Shown here piece by piece: positions 27,640-40,083 of a stretch of 64,000 nt of DNA. Every line of letters begins with the position of its first letter. The stretch's first letter is position 1. Source of the DNA: Ramazzottius varieornatus (Eukaryota; Animalia; Tardigrada); contig BDGG01000006.1 of assembly GCA_001949185.1 (NCBI GenBank), positions 2,400,827 through 2,464,826 of the forward strand. Reading direction: 5' to 3'. Under the pieces are notes generated by a model, which was not told the DNA's origin, did not search any database, and saw nothing but the letters and a program-made list of their open reading frames with translations. Both the position numbers and the translations under genes were made by a program.

Positions 27640-28205
27640 CGGAGGTGGGGTGGCCGTCTTCGAATTGAATCTGACGGCGAGCTGTCCGACCCTATCAAAC
27701 GTGTGAATTCTTCGCGCATGAAGCCGCGATAAGCCTAACAGGTTTCAAATACCCTTCCCGAAAACGCTCCACTGACAAGGCGCACATGACGCCGCTGACC
27801 GTCTTGTTTCCGTGTGTCATGATCAGCGCCAGAATGTACCACACGCGGCCCAGCCTGTCTTCCTCTGATCATCAGTAACGAGACGACTATCGGCAGCAGC
27901 ATTACGATGCAGATGACGAAGACCTTGAAGAGCGCACGAGCCACCTTTACATTACGATGGAACTCACTGAATTTCTGATCGTCGATTTCCAGACGACCTC
28001 GATGTGACATTCTAATCGATGGTCCTAGTTTGTATTCGGGTCTGGACGAGGTTGGAGTTTCTGACGCGCAGGAAGATGGAAAAGGTAGGCGGCGCCACTG
28101 ATGGTGATGGGAGTCAGGACGCCCAACGAGAGATAAAACCTCGTGAATGATGATTGGTGATGATGAGCGAAGGTAAAGCCGACCAGGTTGGGGACCAGCT
28201 CAATG
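27640..28205 (-). pseudogene. Truncated, frameshifted tandem paralog of the adjacent GPCR (TM4-TM7 part)
   Basis: PNLVGF-TFAHHHQSSFTRFYLSLGVLTPITISGAAY and FSEFHRNVKVARALFKVF parallel the 25109-27089 protein. There are several frameshifts and no 5' exons were found. Confidence 0.75.
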
Positions 28206-28839
28206 ACGGAACGGAAAGCAACAAAAACTTCCTGATACTTCCTATAACCGTTTCCTAGCTCGATGCTCGAGGGGACGGGTGTCACCGCAGCAGGCTCAGC
28301 CAGGCTGGGATACCTTCGGGCTTAAGATAGTGAAGAGCCTGACTCGAGGAGTGGAACTCTTCGGCCTTTAGGTTTAGCAGGAAGGTTTTCTAAATTCTGA
28401 TGGATATCACGTGACTCTGCCGTCGGGCTGGTCCGAGAACGTGTAGGTCGTAATCCGGTTGAAAAGTTGCTGTAAGCTCGGGATTAATTTGTTTATGGGC
28501 TATTGTTTTCTGCCATGGGTTCGGATTTCCAGTCGCGTGATCTCTGGATCTCGTTCCCTATGGGGGATTCGAGATCGAGCTAACTCAGCCAAGCAAGTGT
28601 TTTGTTCAGGATGAGATTTTGAATTAGATCTAACCGATTCGTTGGATGGAGGCGTGGACTACAAAACAATCTTCCCCGAGTCACACCGGTGACATAAAAA
28701 TACCGCAAGGATGGCGGTAGGGCGGACGAGTATCTAAAAGAGTATACTAGAAAGAATCTAAAAGAAGCGTTCTGGGGAAGCTTTTGGTTGATACTGATGT
28801 TCCCGGACCATGCAGATCGTCTAACCCCCCCCCCCCCCG

Positions 28840-28889
28840 NNNNNNNNNNNNNNNNNNNNNNNNNNNNNNNNNNNNNNNNNNNNNNNNNN
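28840..28889. other. Assembly gap (N run) flanked by poly-C
   Basis: About 50 N bases between C homopolymers. Confidence 0.99.
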
Positions 28890-29889
28890 CCCCCCCCCCC
28901 CCCGCAACTTGCAAAGAGTATCAACGGAGATCTACCGTGTTATATTGTAGCCGTCCGCTCAACTAAGACCAGTAAGAACTGGCATTCGTCTTTGTGCTCC
29001 GTACGGTCTATCGGTTAGGTTTACCATCGGACCGTTACTACTGTAGTCCGATGACGAGCATCGTGCATTTCAAAGAGTATCAGATAAAATTATTGTACCA
29101 GAGTGGGATATCGAAGCCCAGTCACTATTACCAGAGAGTTAGCGGTGTTCTGGCAAGTTCAGAGAACACGAAGGATTTACGATCCTAAAGATCGTGCTGT
29201 TGACAGACACTTCTTGCCAGTAATCACGATAGAAGCGTGATCTAGCTTTCTTCTCTGAGACTAAGTAATGAATCCAAACTGGCATAAAGTGGTCCTCGAA
29301 GTCCTTGGTGGTGGCTCTTAGTTAGAAAGTGGTGTACGGAGTAAACGGTGGTGATGATTTGGAATTGAAAGGTGGTATTAGGAGACTATGGTGGTGAAAT
29401 GTGGTGTGCGGAGCCTTCCGAATACTTTTCGTTACGCGACGCATAAGGAATATCTAGGCCACCTGCACCTTTGCACACGCGATTCAAGAGTCTCCGCGAC
29501 ATGGGTCTTTTTGAAGCCAAACACAGCATGGAATTTAACTAGATCTAGAGTCGTAAAACACTGATGGCCTTTGGATAGATGACGTCTTTAGGGGATGAAG
29601 AGAAGATTAACCTTGCCAGTACCGAGAGTGCGAGTACCGATAGCTACAAATTGTATGGTTTACGAGGAATATTCAGTTCCCGGCGACCCCTAACCGTTGT
29701 TTTCGGCCGAAAGATGCAACGCGAGCGTGAAAGGTGTTTCGGTATGTTGACCGTACCTTTCTTCTCCAGAAACCACTCGCGTAGTATAACAGTCAAGAAT
29801 GCGCAATAAGGAAGCGCGATCAGGAAGGAGGAAGTATAAATAAGCCTTGAAAAGGCCAGAACGCAAGAAAGATAGATACAACAAAAGGA

Positions 29890-32800
29890 TTACAGATGAG
29901 AGCCGCGTGCTGGGCCACGTTCATCCGCAGAAGCTACACAAGTACTCAGGTTAAAAGTCTAACACCAGAAACAAAATTTCTCAAGGTTTCACCGATCGAA
30001 ATTATACGTAAACCGATTCTGCCATGGACTCCATGATGTTAGGCAGAGGCGAAACGTCAATCTCGGATACGGCTTTCTTCGGCGACACGGACCTCGTTGT
30101 CACACTTAGTGGTAGAAGGACCGTGGAACTGTGTCCGCGGTTGGCGCTCTTTTCATTGTAGATGCTCTGTAATTTGGCCAGGTGCTGTGACGAAGAAAAG
30201 AAGAACCGTTACGGACCAGTACAAAAAAATAAATCAGTTGAGAGTACGGCAAACAAACTCAATAAGAGTTCAATAACAAATTTAAAGAAGAGTGGTTATC
30301 CAAAGCGGCGCACGTTTACACGGTTTACGGCTGGAGACGTGCGCTGCTTGGAAAGACGGATAAGGTTGTTTTCCCAAGTGGCGCACGTTTGCTAACCAGA
30401 AATCCAAAGCGCCAGTTGAAAAAAAACCAGTTTCGTCGAGTTTGTTCGCCTACTATTCAATTTTAAGAGGGAAAACTCACATCAAGGTTAGGCGCGTATG
30501 ATTCAGCATATCGATTCAAGATATTCTTCATGCTCAACGCTAACGTCCGGTTGCCTTCAAGGATGGTATGGCATTTGAAATTTTCCACAAAAACAAAGTC
30601 TTCTGTGACGAACAAAGATTCTGCTTCCATCAGGCTCTTGTCAGTGATGAAGTTCTTCATGGCGGCGTAGACGTCACCACACACCGCCGGTCTCCAGCCT
30701 AGCTCCTGAGCTGAGGGCATGATCTTTGAAACAATTAGGTTCACCCAAGTCTTCTCCATCTTTTGCAGTTCTTCAGGTAAAGGATAGAAGTTGGTGGTCT
30801 TCTTGACGATGGCCGAAAGCTTTGGATGCCTTCTGTCGACTTTGGCAAATGCCATGCCGATACCTTCGTCAACATAGTGAACCTGGAAGAAGACGCCCGA
30901 GTATTCTTTCTATTTAATTTTTATTTGATTTCTATTCTTTCTATTTATTTTTTTATTTAATCTTATTTCATTTTATTTACATTCTAATTATTTTGTTGTA
31001 TTTCCTTTTATTTTGACTTACGTGGAGAAAGTCTTCGTCGATTTCCGTGAGGACTTCCACCCTGTACATTTTTGTGCTATCGTTGCTCAGCATGCCGCAG
31101 ATGAGACCTGGTGGGGGTACTTCGGCGAGCGGCGCAGGAAGTTCGTCCAAGACGTTGGCGAGGTGTTCATCGATGGCCTTGGTGCTGCGGTCCACTTGGA
31201 CGATCTGTCCTTCGGCTGTCCTGTAGCTGACGATCCGCACGATGAAGTGTGTCGGGTTGAGGAAGCGCATGATGGAGAACTCGAAACCTCTACCGGCAGC
31301 TAGGGCAGTCGGTAATGCTCGAGGCGGACCTTGGTAGTGTCGATACGCGCAAGATTCTGGACTCATACACTCACCCACGTACATCTGCAAGCGCCACACC
31401 AAAATGTTATGCTTACTCCAAAACTCCAAAAAATTTGATCTTGTACATCGGCAAACAACCTCGACAAGATCGGTTTCCCAAGTCGCGCACGTTTCCGATG
31501 TTACTGGGCGGCGGAGTGCACCACTCCAAATACCGATCTTGTCGAATCTCTTCAAGTGACGCAGCATTCATTATTATTGGCTGAAGGCGTGAGCCACTCG
31601 GGAAGCGATCTTGTCAAGTTGGTACATTTAGGTCCCACCACCAAAAAAATTTAGATTACCTGTTGAAGGCAGGGAGGAACTCGAAGGAAGTCTGGATCCT
31701 CCAAAGCAGCCAGACTTTTCGTTATAAGGCTTTCTGGCATGACACTTTGGGGAGAAGCGGAAGCAACGTGAACCAGAAGCGGAAGTAGGTGGCGCCACGA
31801 TTCGTCGACGATAATGCGGCAGGGAATGGCTGGATAAGGCGGCTTGCTCGCGCCTGAACAGAAAACACCGATCATCAACCGAACTAACTTAAATTTTAAT
31901 CTGAAGTAAGCTAAGGGAAATGGTAAGCTTACCGTGCGCGAGTTTGTTTAGGTATTGGTAGTGCGTGGACCAAATCATGAAGTTGTTCTTAATGAGGCAG
32001 AAGCGCCGCATGAAGTGGTGGATGGATTCCGGTGGGGAAAGGTGGACGATGAGATCGGCGTCGTTAATGCCAAAGTCCGACGTAATGCTGTCAGGAATAG
32101 CCAGAATCTTCGCGGCTTCCTTATTCTCCGTCTTCCACCAGTCCCGAATGGTGGAAACGTATTCGTAAACCGGCTTGTCCTCGTTGGCTGTCTGAAAGCC
32201 ACAAAAGAGGCGTTCGGACCAGTTTCAATCCAGATTTGCATAGCTTAGACGTCGGAAAATAAATTCCGCCAGATCGATTTACGAGTGGCGCACGCTCTCA
32301 GCCAACAACAATGCCAACGTGCGCCACTTGCGATAACGATCTGGTTCAACTCTTTGCTTCATTACCATGAAATCGTATTTCGTCTTGGATTTTTCCTTAT
32401 CCATCAGCAGAGCTTTCCTAATGGCACCGGCTTGCTCAGATGATTTCACAAAAAGTACGATGCGATCGCCGTTAGTCCTGTCGGAGAAGGTCTTGAGTGC
32501 TGACAGGGCCCACGGCAGATTGGGGTTGGCTTCGAGGATCTCGACGGGGAGTTTCTCGTAGATGATGGCGTCCAGCATGTTGGTGATGACGGTGCAACAG
32601 GTATTCTCCAGCTTGCTCAGGACCTGCTTGATGTTTGGCGAAGGCGAAGATGCAGCAAAGACGTAGTTGATGTCGGGGTTGACCACGAAGCGTGTCATCA
32701 TTTGCTCCACGATCGTCGGAGCGAAGCGGAGCATCACGTCGATGTTTCTCAAAACGACAAACTCAACCTACAGAAACAATCATTCATCTATAATCTCGTC

Positions 32801-34144
32801 CGTAGAACCTCCTTTTACGTCTTCAACACTTTTTAGAATTCACAGATCGTCCCCGATTGGTTTTGCGGGTTTTACGGATTTTGTTTGTTCTTCGTCTTTC
32901 TTCTACAGATTTTTCTGTGTTGTATTCTTCGTACGTTTCTTGTATTTTTCCTGTGTTGATGCTGAGCACACTGTTTATGATTTTTCGTTCTGGTTTTCGT
33001 ACTTTTAAGACGTTGATGGGTGGAGATCCAAGGCGTCCTTGCGTCAAGAACAACTGCATAACCGCATTGAGCGTCACAATCAAGACATCACAGTTCTCCG
33101 ACGCCGCGTACGACTTTTCTTGGAAGCCTTTATCGTTCTTGCTTTCGAAAAAGTTGACGATACGGAAAGAGCGACTAAGCTGTTGTGTGACAGTTCGCAT
33201 GGACTCGACCAGCGCCATCGACTCTTCCAGGTTGCAGGTGACAACGACGGCCAAAGGTCCTTCGCTGTACAATCGGCCAAGGTGACGCCTTCCGCACGGT
33301 TCGGCAATGCGAAGGAGTAAAGGCACCACGAAGCCCGAGTCCATTGTGTTGGAGTATTCGGCAGGAGGTTGGCAGGAATAGAGTGGGTTGTCGATATAGA
33401 AGACGTCGTACCTGGAAACAGAGAGAACAATTTTAGCGCACTTGAGCCCAGAAGCAACTGCGCAACTGCGTGACGTCAGAAAACACCGCCGAAGCTGCAC
33501 GTAAGACGAATGGTTTGTACATGGACGGCCCAACTGGGTTAAATGATCAGCTCGTAGGGCTGCTCCGTTGATTGACCAAGCCTTGATTGAATGTTGACGT
33601 TTTCACCGCTTTCGGCTTTTCTTTTGAAATTCGTATAGTTTCTTCGAACTCGTTGGTCTCACCTGTGGAGAACATGGGGCCAAATCAAAGCTTGCATCTC
33701 TGTCCGCCGGGGTCCACAAAGGCTGGTGACGAGAGGTCGGACCAGATCGTTGAGAGGGAGAGCGCCGGAGCGGAGTTGGGTCCTCCAGGGTAAAGTGGCC
33801 AAACCAGAAAAATACATCCGGGAGTGTTGGCCGAATAAAGTCGTCTCATCTTCGCACAACTGTAGGGGCTGTCGCTGTTCTAATATACCGACCATGGTCG
33901 AAAGCTGCAAGTTGGGTAAGGACAGAAATATCCGTTAGTATCAAGCGGGGAATTTTTCCACCAATTTGGAAACAGATTTCAGTACTGTACCTTCTGCCGG
34001 CTGATCGTGGACTTTATCTAGGACAGTTACTATGCGAACTATGGCCACCTCTACGAGTCTCCTTGAGCGCCGACCTGGTGGGAAACAACCTCCGAACCAA
34101 ACGGCACAGAACTTTATCGAGGAGGATGTGGCCATGTGGGGCAT
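29890..34144 (-). CDS. TDRD12/Yb-like protein: degenerate DEAD-box helicase, Cys/His linker and extended Tudor domain; multi-exon, ends approximate
   Basis: Q-motif RTEMQALIWPHVL, motif Ia GPLAVVV, Ib DVLIVT, motif II-position VVLRNID, RecA2 RIVLFVKS. Linker GEC..PESCAYRH. eTudor NPTHFIVRI...PPPGLICG..YRVEVL..VHYVDEG..YPLPEEL. This domain order is that of TDRD12/Yb-family piRNA factors. Confidence 0.75.
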
Positions 34145-34269
34145 GATGCCATGATGAGAAACTTACTTTTGAGTTCTGAGAATACTATAGAGATCGCGAG
34201 TGCCCACGCACTAGCACAATTCGATACGCATAAGAATATCGTGACATCATATGTAAACATTGTGGCGCG

Positions 34270-35441
34270 TAGTGCTGGCAACGATACGGCATATCGATGT
34301 CGTATCGAAATATATCGAATCTTTGCGATATAATATGCGGCAGATATCGTATCGAAAATATCGATATGAAGCTCATATCGAATAACGTAATAAAATATTC
34401 GGCGATATCTAGACCTGAGAAAAGTGTGATTAAGTGTGGTGTGGTGTTTTTCGGTTCGGTGCTTCTCCACACCGAAACTGGTTTTTCGGTGCGAAAGCCA
34501 CACCAATTTTTCCGGTGTGGTGTGGATCGGACACCACTCTTTCGGTGCACCACAGCAAACCAAATCGAGAAACCGAAAAAAGTTTCAAAGAGCGAATTCA
34601 CAATTTACAGAACCGTCGAAAGATGGCAAGATGTAATACAGACGAATTCGGAAGAACACATTCCACACAGGTAAATTTTCGTAGCTTAAACAATCAACAG
34701 CTAGTCGAATCAACCACGAGGCGAAACAGCGAGTTTGTGATACTCATCTAGCCCAAGCTAGCTGACTAGCTCATTAAATCTGGTGCACCAAAAGCTTTTC
34801 GGTTTGGTGTGATGTGGTGTTCCTAGACACCAAACGGCAAATTCGGTGTGACTCGGACACCAATTTTTCGATTTGGTGTTTCAAGCACACCGAAACCAGA
34901 AAGAGTGGGTTTTTCCGGTGTGGTGTGGTGAAACCACACTATCCTCAGGTCTAGCGATATCGTATCGCGCCATATCGATATATCATCGACATATCGGTAT
35001 TTTGCTGAATGGAAAACTCGCCAGTGATATCTCGTTTACGGAAGACCATGGTTGATTTCAAGGACTTGATTTTGGCCATGGTGTACCGATCACACTCCGC
35101 CCATTCGGTTCTGGTACTGATTCTGTCCAGGTTTCCATGTGTCTGAAGTCTTGGTATAGTCATGTCTTTGCTGCATCCGACGCTCTCGATCTTACTTATA
35201 CTTTATGTGGAAACCGGCTTCTTGAGTTTTTGGGCTTGAACCAGTGGAATTCCGAAAACCTAAAATTCCAGAAATATCGATATATCGCTGCGATATGATA
35301 CGATATATCGAAAATACGGTATCGGAAAATATCGTATCGCAATATCGATGTCGAATCAATATCGGAGACCGTAATAAAATATCCGCCGATATCGTATCGA
35401 AAAATATCGTATCGAATTTTGTCGTATTTTTGCCAGCGCTA
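34270..35441. mobile_element. hAT MITE family A, copy 1 (ATATCG-rich), interrupted by MITE B
   Basis: TIRs TAGTGCTGGCAA/TTGCCAGCGCTA; perfect 8-bp TSD GTGGCGCG (34262-34269, 35442-35449). Confidence 0.92.
34410..34953. mobile_element. hAT MITE B (GGTGTGG-rich) nested in MITE A
   Basis: TIRs TAGACCTGAG/CTCAGGTCTA; perfect 8-bp TSD GCGATATC (34402-34409, 34954-34961). Confidence 0.92.
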
Positions 35442-35717
35442 GTGGCGCGATTGTGCGACCCTTTTAACACAGCCTACGAGTAGAGCCCTGCAGCTAGGAT
35501 TGTTGATGGATGGATAAACGGTTAAATGGATGGATAAGCGGATGGATAAGAACTTATCTGGATACCATCTGCATGGATAAAAGATTTATCCGTATCCAGC
35601 TTCTTGGATAAAACTTTTATCCGGATTCTTCGAATATTATCCGGTTGAACAAATTAGATACAAATCATATGTTCAATCACTATAGCCAAACCGAAACTAC
35701 CAAACTTTCTAGCGTAT

Positions 35718-38157
35718 TTATTCATCGTCTGTCATCAGTGGTACCATAGCTTCAAAAACCACCGTCCAAGAGTTCAGACATAACATGGCTTGAAGGCCCT
35801 CAGTTTCTGGGCGGTTACGAAGTACTGTAACGTATCGACCACCACCAGAGAATGCACTCTCAGAAGGCACAGAAGAAGCCTGTGCAGCCAGAACATCCTT
35901 CGCAATGCGGTATAATGATGGATAGCGGCTTTCCGACATGCTCCAAAATTCCAGGACATCTCTTTTGACTGATTCCTTTGGACCCAGGAAGAATTGGTCA
36001 ACTTCGTTAAGCTGGGAGTCTGCTGCCGGAGTGACTTGCGTTATCATCCGTTCGCGGATAGACAGCTGCGTATTCGGAGGTGGAGCAGTAGACTTCTCGG
36101 CAATGTCGGAACTTCCTCTTTGGCTGTAATAAAAACAACTTACAAACAGCACGAGCTGTAGTTCGTAAGCTTATAGCTACAGCAACATCATAGAAAACGG
36201 CACTTACCTTGGAACACCTTTGAATAGCTAGACAATGTGCTTCAGCATGGTGCCGGCGGCGGTACGACTCTTTGCTGAGGGCAGGTAGGCGTCTTTGATG
36301 CTCGGATCTAACAGTCGGGCTATCATGGGAACTTGCATTCTCACACCAGGTTTTTCCCAGGACAGTCTCAGACATTCATCCAGTTTAACCAACATGTCTT
36401 TGGCCAACTCGCAGATCCAGAGCGCCTAGGGGAAAAAATCATGGTTTATAGGCCGTATGCCGAGATATAGGAATAATCAATCGTTCGAGTATTTATTAGC
36501 ATTTTAATAAATCTCGCCAGATCGATTTACGAGTGGTGCACGCTCTCAGCCAACAACAATGCGAACGTGCGCCACTTGCGATAACGATCTGGTTCAACTC
36601 TTTGCTTCATGACCATGAAATCGTATTTCATGTCTTCGGCCAACTCCCAAGTCCAAAGCGCCTAGGAAAAAAATCACGGTTCATAGACCGTACGCCGAGA
36701 TATAGGAATAATCAAGATATTTCGTTCGAGTAAACTTAATTAGCATTTACATTAGTAAGGTCTTCTTCCAAGACTTCTAAATGAGTTCGCAGAAATTCCA
36801 GTTCGGCTGAAGCCAGGTGGAAATTGGAGGACTTGAAAGCCGAAAGTCTACGGAGACGGCCTTCAGAGGCTTCAGGAGTTCGATAAGATCTTCCATGTCG
36901 ATCCACTCTTCCGCTGACGGAACTTCGTCCCTGATGGCACCTTCTTGGGCAGACAAGTAGTCGTAAAGTTCATGGCGTCGAGGGTATGCGCTTTCGACCA
37001 TATGCAGGAAGCTATTCCACCGGGTCGAGACGTCCAGTGGCAGCTTAAGGTCTTCGGTTGCGGGCTTGATAGTGGCAAGAAATATCTCACGGATGGTGGG
37101 CCGACGCATATATATCACACAGGCTCTTATCTTGTCAACTGTCACCACCTCCTTCTTGATCGCAACTTCCGCAACTTTATTCACGATATGCGCCGCACAA
37201 CAGTTCCAGAACGTGTTTGCTGTAAAGAAAGAAACGAGTAAGAAATCAAAGTAGTTTATTCAAAACACTTGATCACAATATTCTCATGAAAGCTGGCGAG
37301 ATATATCTCGTAGCGGTTCTGGGAACTTCGCTTCCAGAATGGGCAAGCTACATTCAGGTGTAAACTGTGTAGTCCGGGAGAAACTACGCTTTTCGACCCC
37401 CATCTCCATGACCAGCAGCTCGAAGAACTTGACCATGTTGAGTGCTCCGTCTGTAGTCACTCCGAAGATTCTGTGGGCGACTTTAAACTCTTGAAGAGTT
37501 TCCATAACCACGTTTTTCATGTTTTCGCCGGAATGGTTCTTTGGCATATAGCGGAAGTCTAGAATGACGTTTCTGAGTTTCCACTCGTTGTCTATCCACT
37601 GTAAGGTGATGGCAAGGTACGACTGTTTTCTCGCACTGGCTTGCCACATATCGGTGGTGAGGGAGAAACGACTGGTCACCGCTGCCAGTTCTTCGATGAT
37701 CTGCATCTTCTTCATCTTGTATCCATCAAGAATAAGCTTTCGAATAGTTTGTCGACAAGGGACCTGGAAATAGTCACAGTTCGAGAAACAGTTCGACCGT
37801 ACAGTAGGATGTATTCTTCACAGGTTATAACCTATAACCTGTCTTGCTCAGCGGTACCTTGTAACTGGGATTGAGACCGTTGATCATCTTAACGAAGTGT
37901 GGTTCATCGACAGTGCCGATGGGTTCTGCAGTACAGACGATCCACTCCGTGAAGTTGTTAGTATGACGCGTGGTTTCCTTTTTCGACATGATCCATGATC
38001 TGCGGCTCATCCTTCTGCTTTGCACGAAACGCTCCGGGAACTAGCATGCTCTTGACGGCATCCTTCAGCTTCGACGGATGCTCATTCTTCATATGGTAGT
38101 GCCGGTTAGACGTTTCCTGCTCGTTCTTGTAGATGGTGGAACAGTAGTTGCACCTTC
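35718..38157 (-). pseudogene. hAT (Ac/ZBED-type) transposase, disrupted and 5'-truncated
   Basis: BED finger CNYC..H...HP; FSLTTDMW (D), VTTDGALNM (D), CAAH, DVSTRWNS; dimerisation domain ASSVPSESAFS (E). Frameshifts and an internal duplication are present. Confidence 0.9.
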
Positions 38158-38159
38158 TT

Positions 38160-38990
38160 TGCACCACTAGATGTATTGAGGCTCTGTTGTCGGTAGATGG
38201 AAGTGTGGTTAACTGGCCGGATAAAGAGGAAACAACTACCATTAAGGTACTTATACCTTAGCTCTTGAAATTCTTCGGTATGCTAGACACAGCACCACAG
38301 ATTTATTGAAGTGTGATATTTTAGGTGCGAATTCTTCGGGATTCGGGGTTTCCTGATTGTGTTGGAATGTTGGGCGGCACGTTAGTCCCGTTAGAGTACG
38401 TGCCTACCAAAGATGGCGAGGATTACTAGAGCCACAAGTCCCGATATGGAATATCAGCGATGGTGGTTTGCGATGACAAGCGTAAAATTCGATACATGTT
38501 GATCGGATTTTGTGGGTCGGCCCATGATATGAGAGTATACAGTAATTCTCCGATGGCAAGACAAGTCTCCAAGCTGTTTTCACCAGGCGAATATCTTCTC
38601 GCTGACAGCGCCTACACTACGTCAACTCACACCATCGCTTACTACAAGGAGCCCGCCGCCGGAGTCGTGTCAGCGAACAACGAGCGATTCAACTTTTACC
38701 ACTCTTCAACAAGAATTAAGATCGAACACACCATTGGCATTTCGAAGGGACATTTTCCGTCCTTGCAGTCCTTAGGAATTCAGATCCACGATAAGCAGAC
38801 CCATCGAACAGCTGTAGAGTGGACATAAGCATGTGTTGTTTTACACAAAATGTTACGCAAAGACAGCTATTTTGATGACAACTGGACAAAATACCGAGAG
38901 CCGGAAGTACCAGAAATGAGCCACGATGCTGCAGTTATGGACGGAAAAGGCTACCGAGAGGCCATCAAAGAAAGAGTCTTGAATATCGGA
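38160..38990 (+). pseudogene. Harbinger/PIF (HARBI1-like) DDE nuclease, 5'-truncated with premature stops
   Basis: GFPDCVGML, GSAHDMRVY, YLLADSAY, FNFYHSSTRIKIEHTIGISKGHF. Colinear with the copy at 54648-56030, including the intron position. Confidence 0.85.
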
Positions 38991-40083
38991 AAGCCCGCTC
39001 GACGGTTTGTTCAGTGAAACGTTTCTTAGCTACTCCGAGTTGCAGTTCTAGTTTCCTCAATTCATAATCGCGTACTTCTTTTCTTTCTTTTCGGTCGTTT
39101 TCGAGTTGTGTCATCTTCGATTTGTGTTTGTTGTCGACGTTCCTCTCGTCCCTCGTCGGCAATTTTTCCTGCCAGCTCTTCTTTTCTTCCAGTAAGAGTT
39201 TCTTTTCCGCTATGGCAAGCTGATTCTTCGTGCTTGTTTGTAGGCTTCGGCGATGGTCAGTGATTTCTGTGGAGTTTTGCTGTCATTTCTTCTCATGATA
39301 TCCTGACACTCTTGGTTTGCGGAGTAGACTTGACTGAGCTAGGACAACTACGGGGTAAACAGCAAAGTTGGCAAGCGTACGAGGCTTTCCCAGGTCAAAC
39401 GCGTTGGCTTCTGCTCATTCAGATCTTTGAATCGTGAATCTGAACAAATGGGAGCCTGACAAGCAAACTTGACAAGATTCTTTTCCAAGTGGCGCGCTTT
39501 CTTGGTTAATAACACTGCAAGCGTGCGCAACTTGGGAAAAGAATCGGGCCGAGTCTGTTTGTCGAGTTCTGTCACCCCGTAATGAGCTGAGATGTGGCAA
39601 CAGGATCTTCTGGCAACTCCAGAAGTCGGCAGGAAAAGTCGACTTCCGGTGCTGAAGCGTTGTCGTACGTTATAGGGCCACTTGCTTCGTTTTCTTCTTC
39701 TTCGTCCTCCGAGGCTTTCTCTTCAGCCGACGTTCTCAGGGTATCTGAAGTGTGTGGTGTTTCCATTGAAGCTCGGTCAGCGAAGACTGGACGCAACCTA
39801 AACAAGTATGGGCAATACAGTAACTGAGTACAATACCTGCAAAAATTAATCTATTGCAGTATGGGAATAAGTCGCGTATGACGTAGTCAATACCCCTTTT
39901 ATTTTGTATAGCCTGATCTGACGTCACAAACCGCGCCAGTTGATCGAGGTGAAAATTTACCGTGGTTTTTAGCATCCTCCATTTTCTCCTCAATATGTCA
40001 TGATCAGGATTGCCGCAGCCAGACCCAGTAGATTTTAGAAAGACCATTGCCGCGTCGGTAGCTACTTCTTTGCGTCTCCCCAT
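38965..40083 (-). pseudogene. Harbinger second ORF (putative Myb/SANT-like DNA-binding partner), degraded
   Basis: Convergent with the nuclease. It starts MGRRK and contains LRPVFADRASM..SDTL..GPITYDN..PEVD, homologous to 56033-57034. The Myb assignment is inferred from Harbinger organisation. Confidence 0.65.
39351..39579. mobile_element. Tc1/mariner-type MITE (TA TSD); most complete copy of the GTGGCGC/GCGCCAC hairpin family
   Basis: TA|CGGGGTAAACAG ... CTGTCACCCCG|TA; internal hairpin caagtggcgcgc..gcgtgcgcaacttgg. Confidence 0.7.

Noticed and set aside
28200-29500. Possible piggyBac or retroelement fragments around the gap (GYNITVD-like)
   Set aside because: Only one weak motif, with many stops; insufficient evidence.
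34114-35483. ORFs rich in I/S/R/Y/D (also 49873-50699)
   Set aside because: They are translations of ATATCG/GGTGTG subterminal MITE repeats, not proteins.
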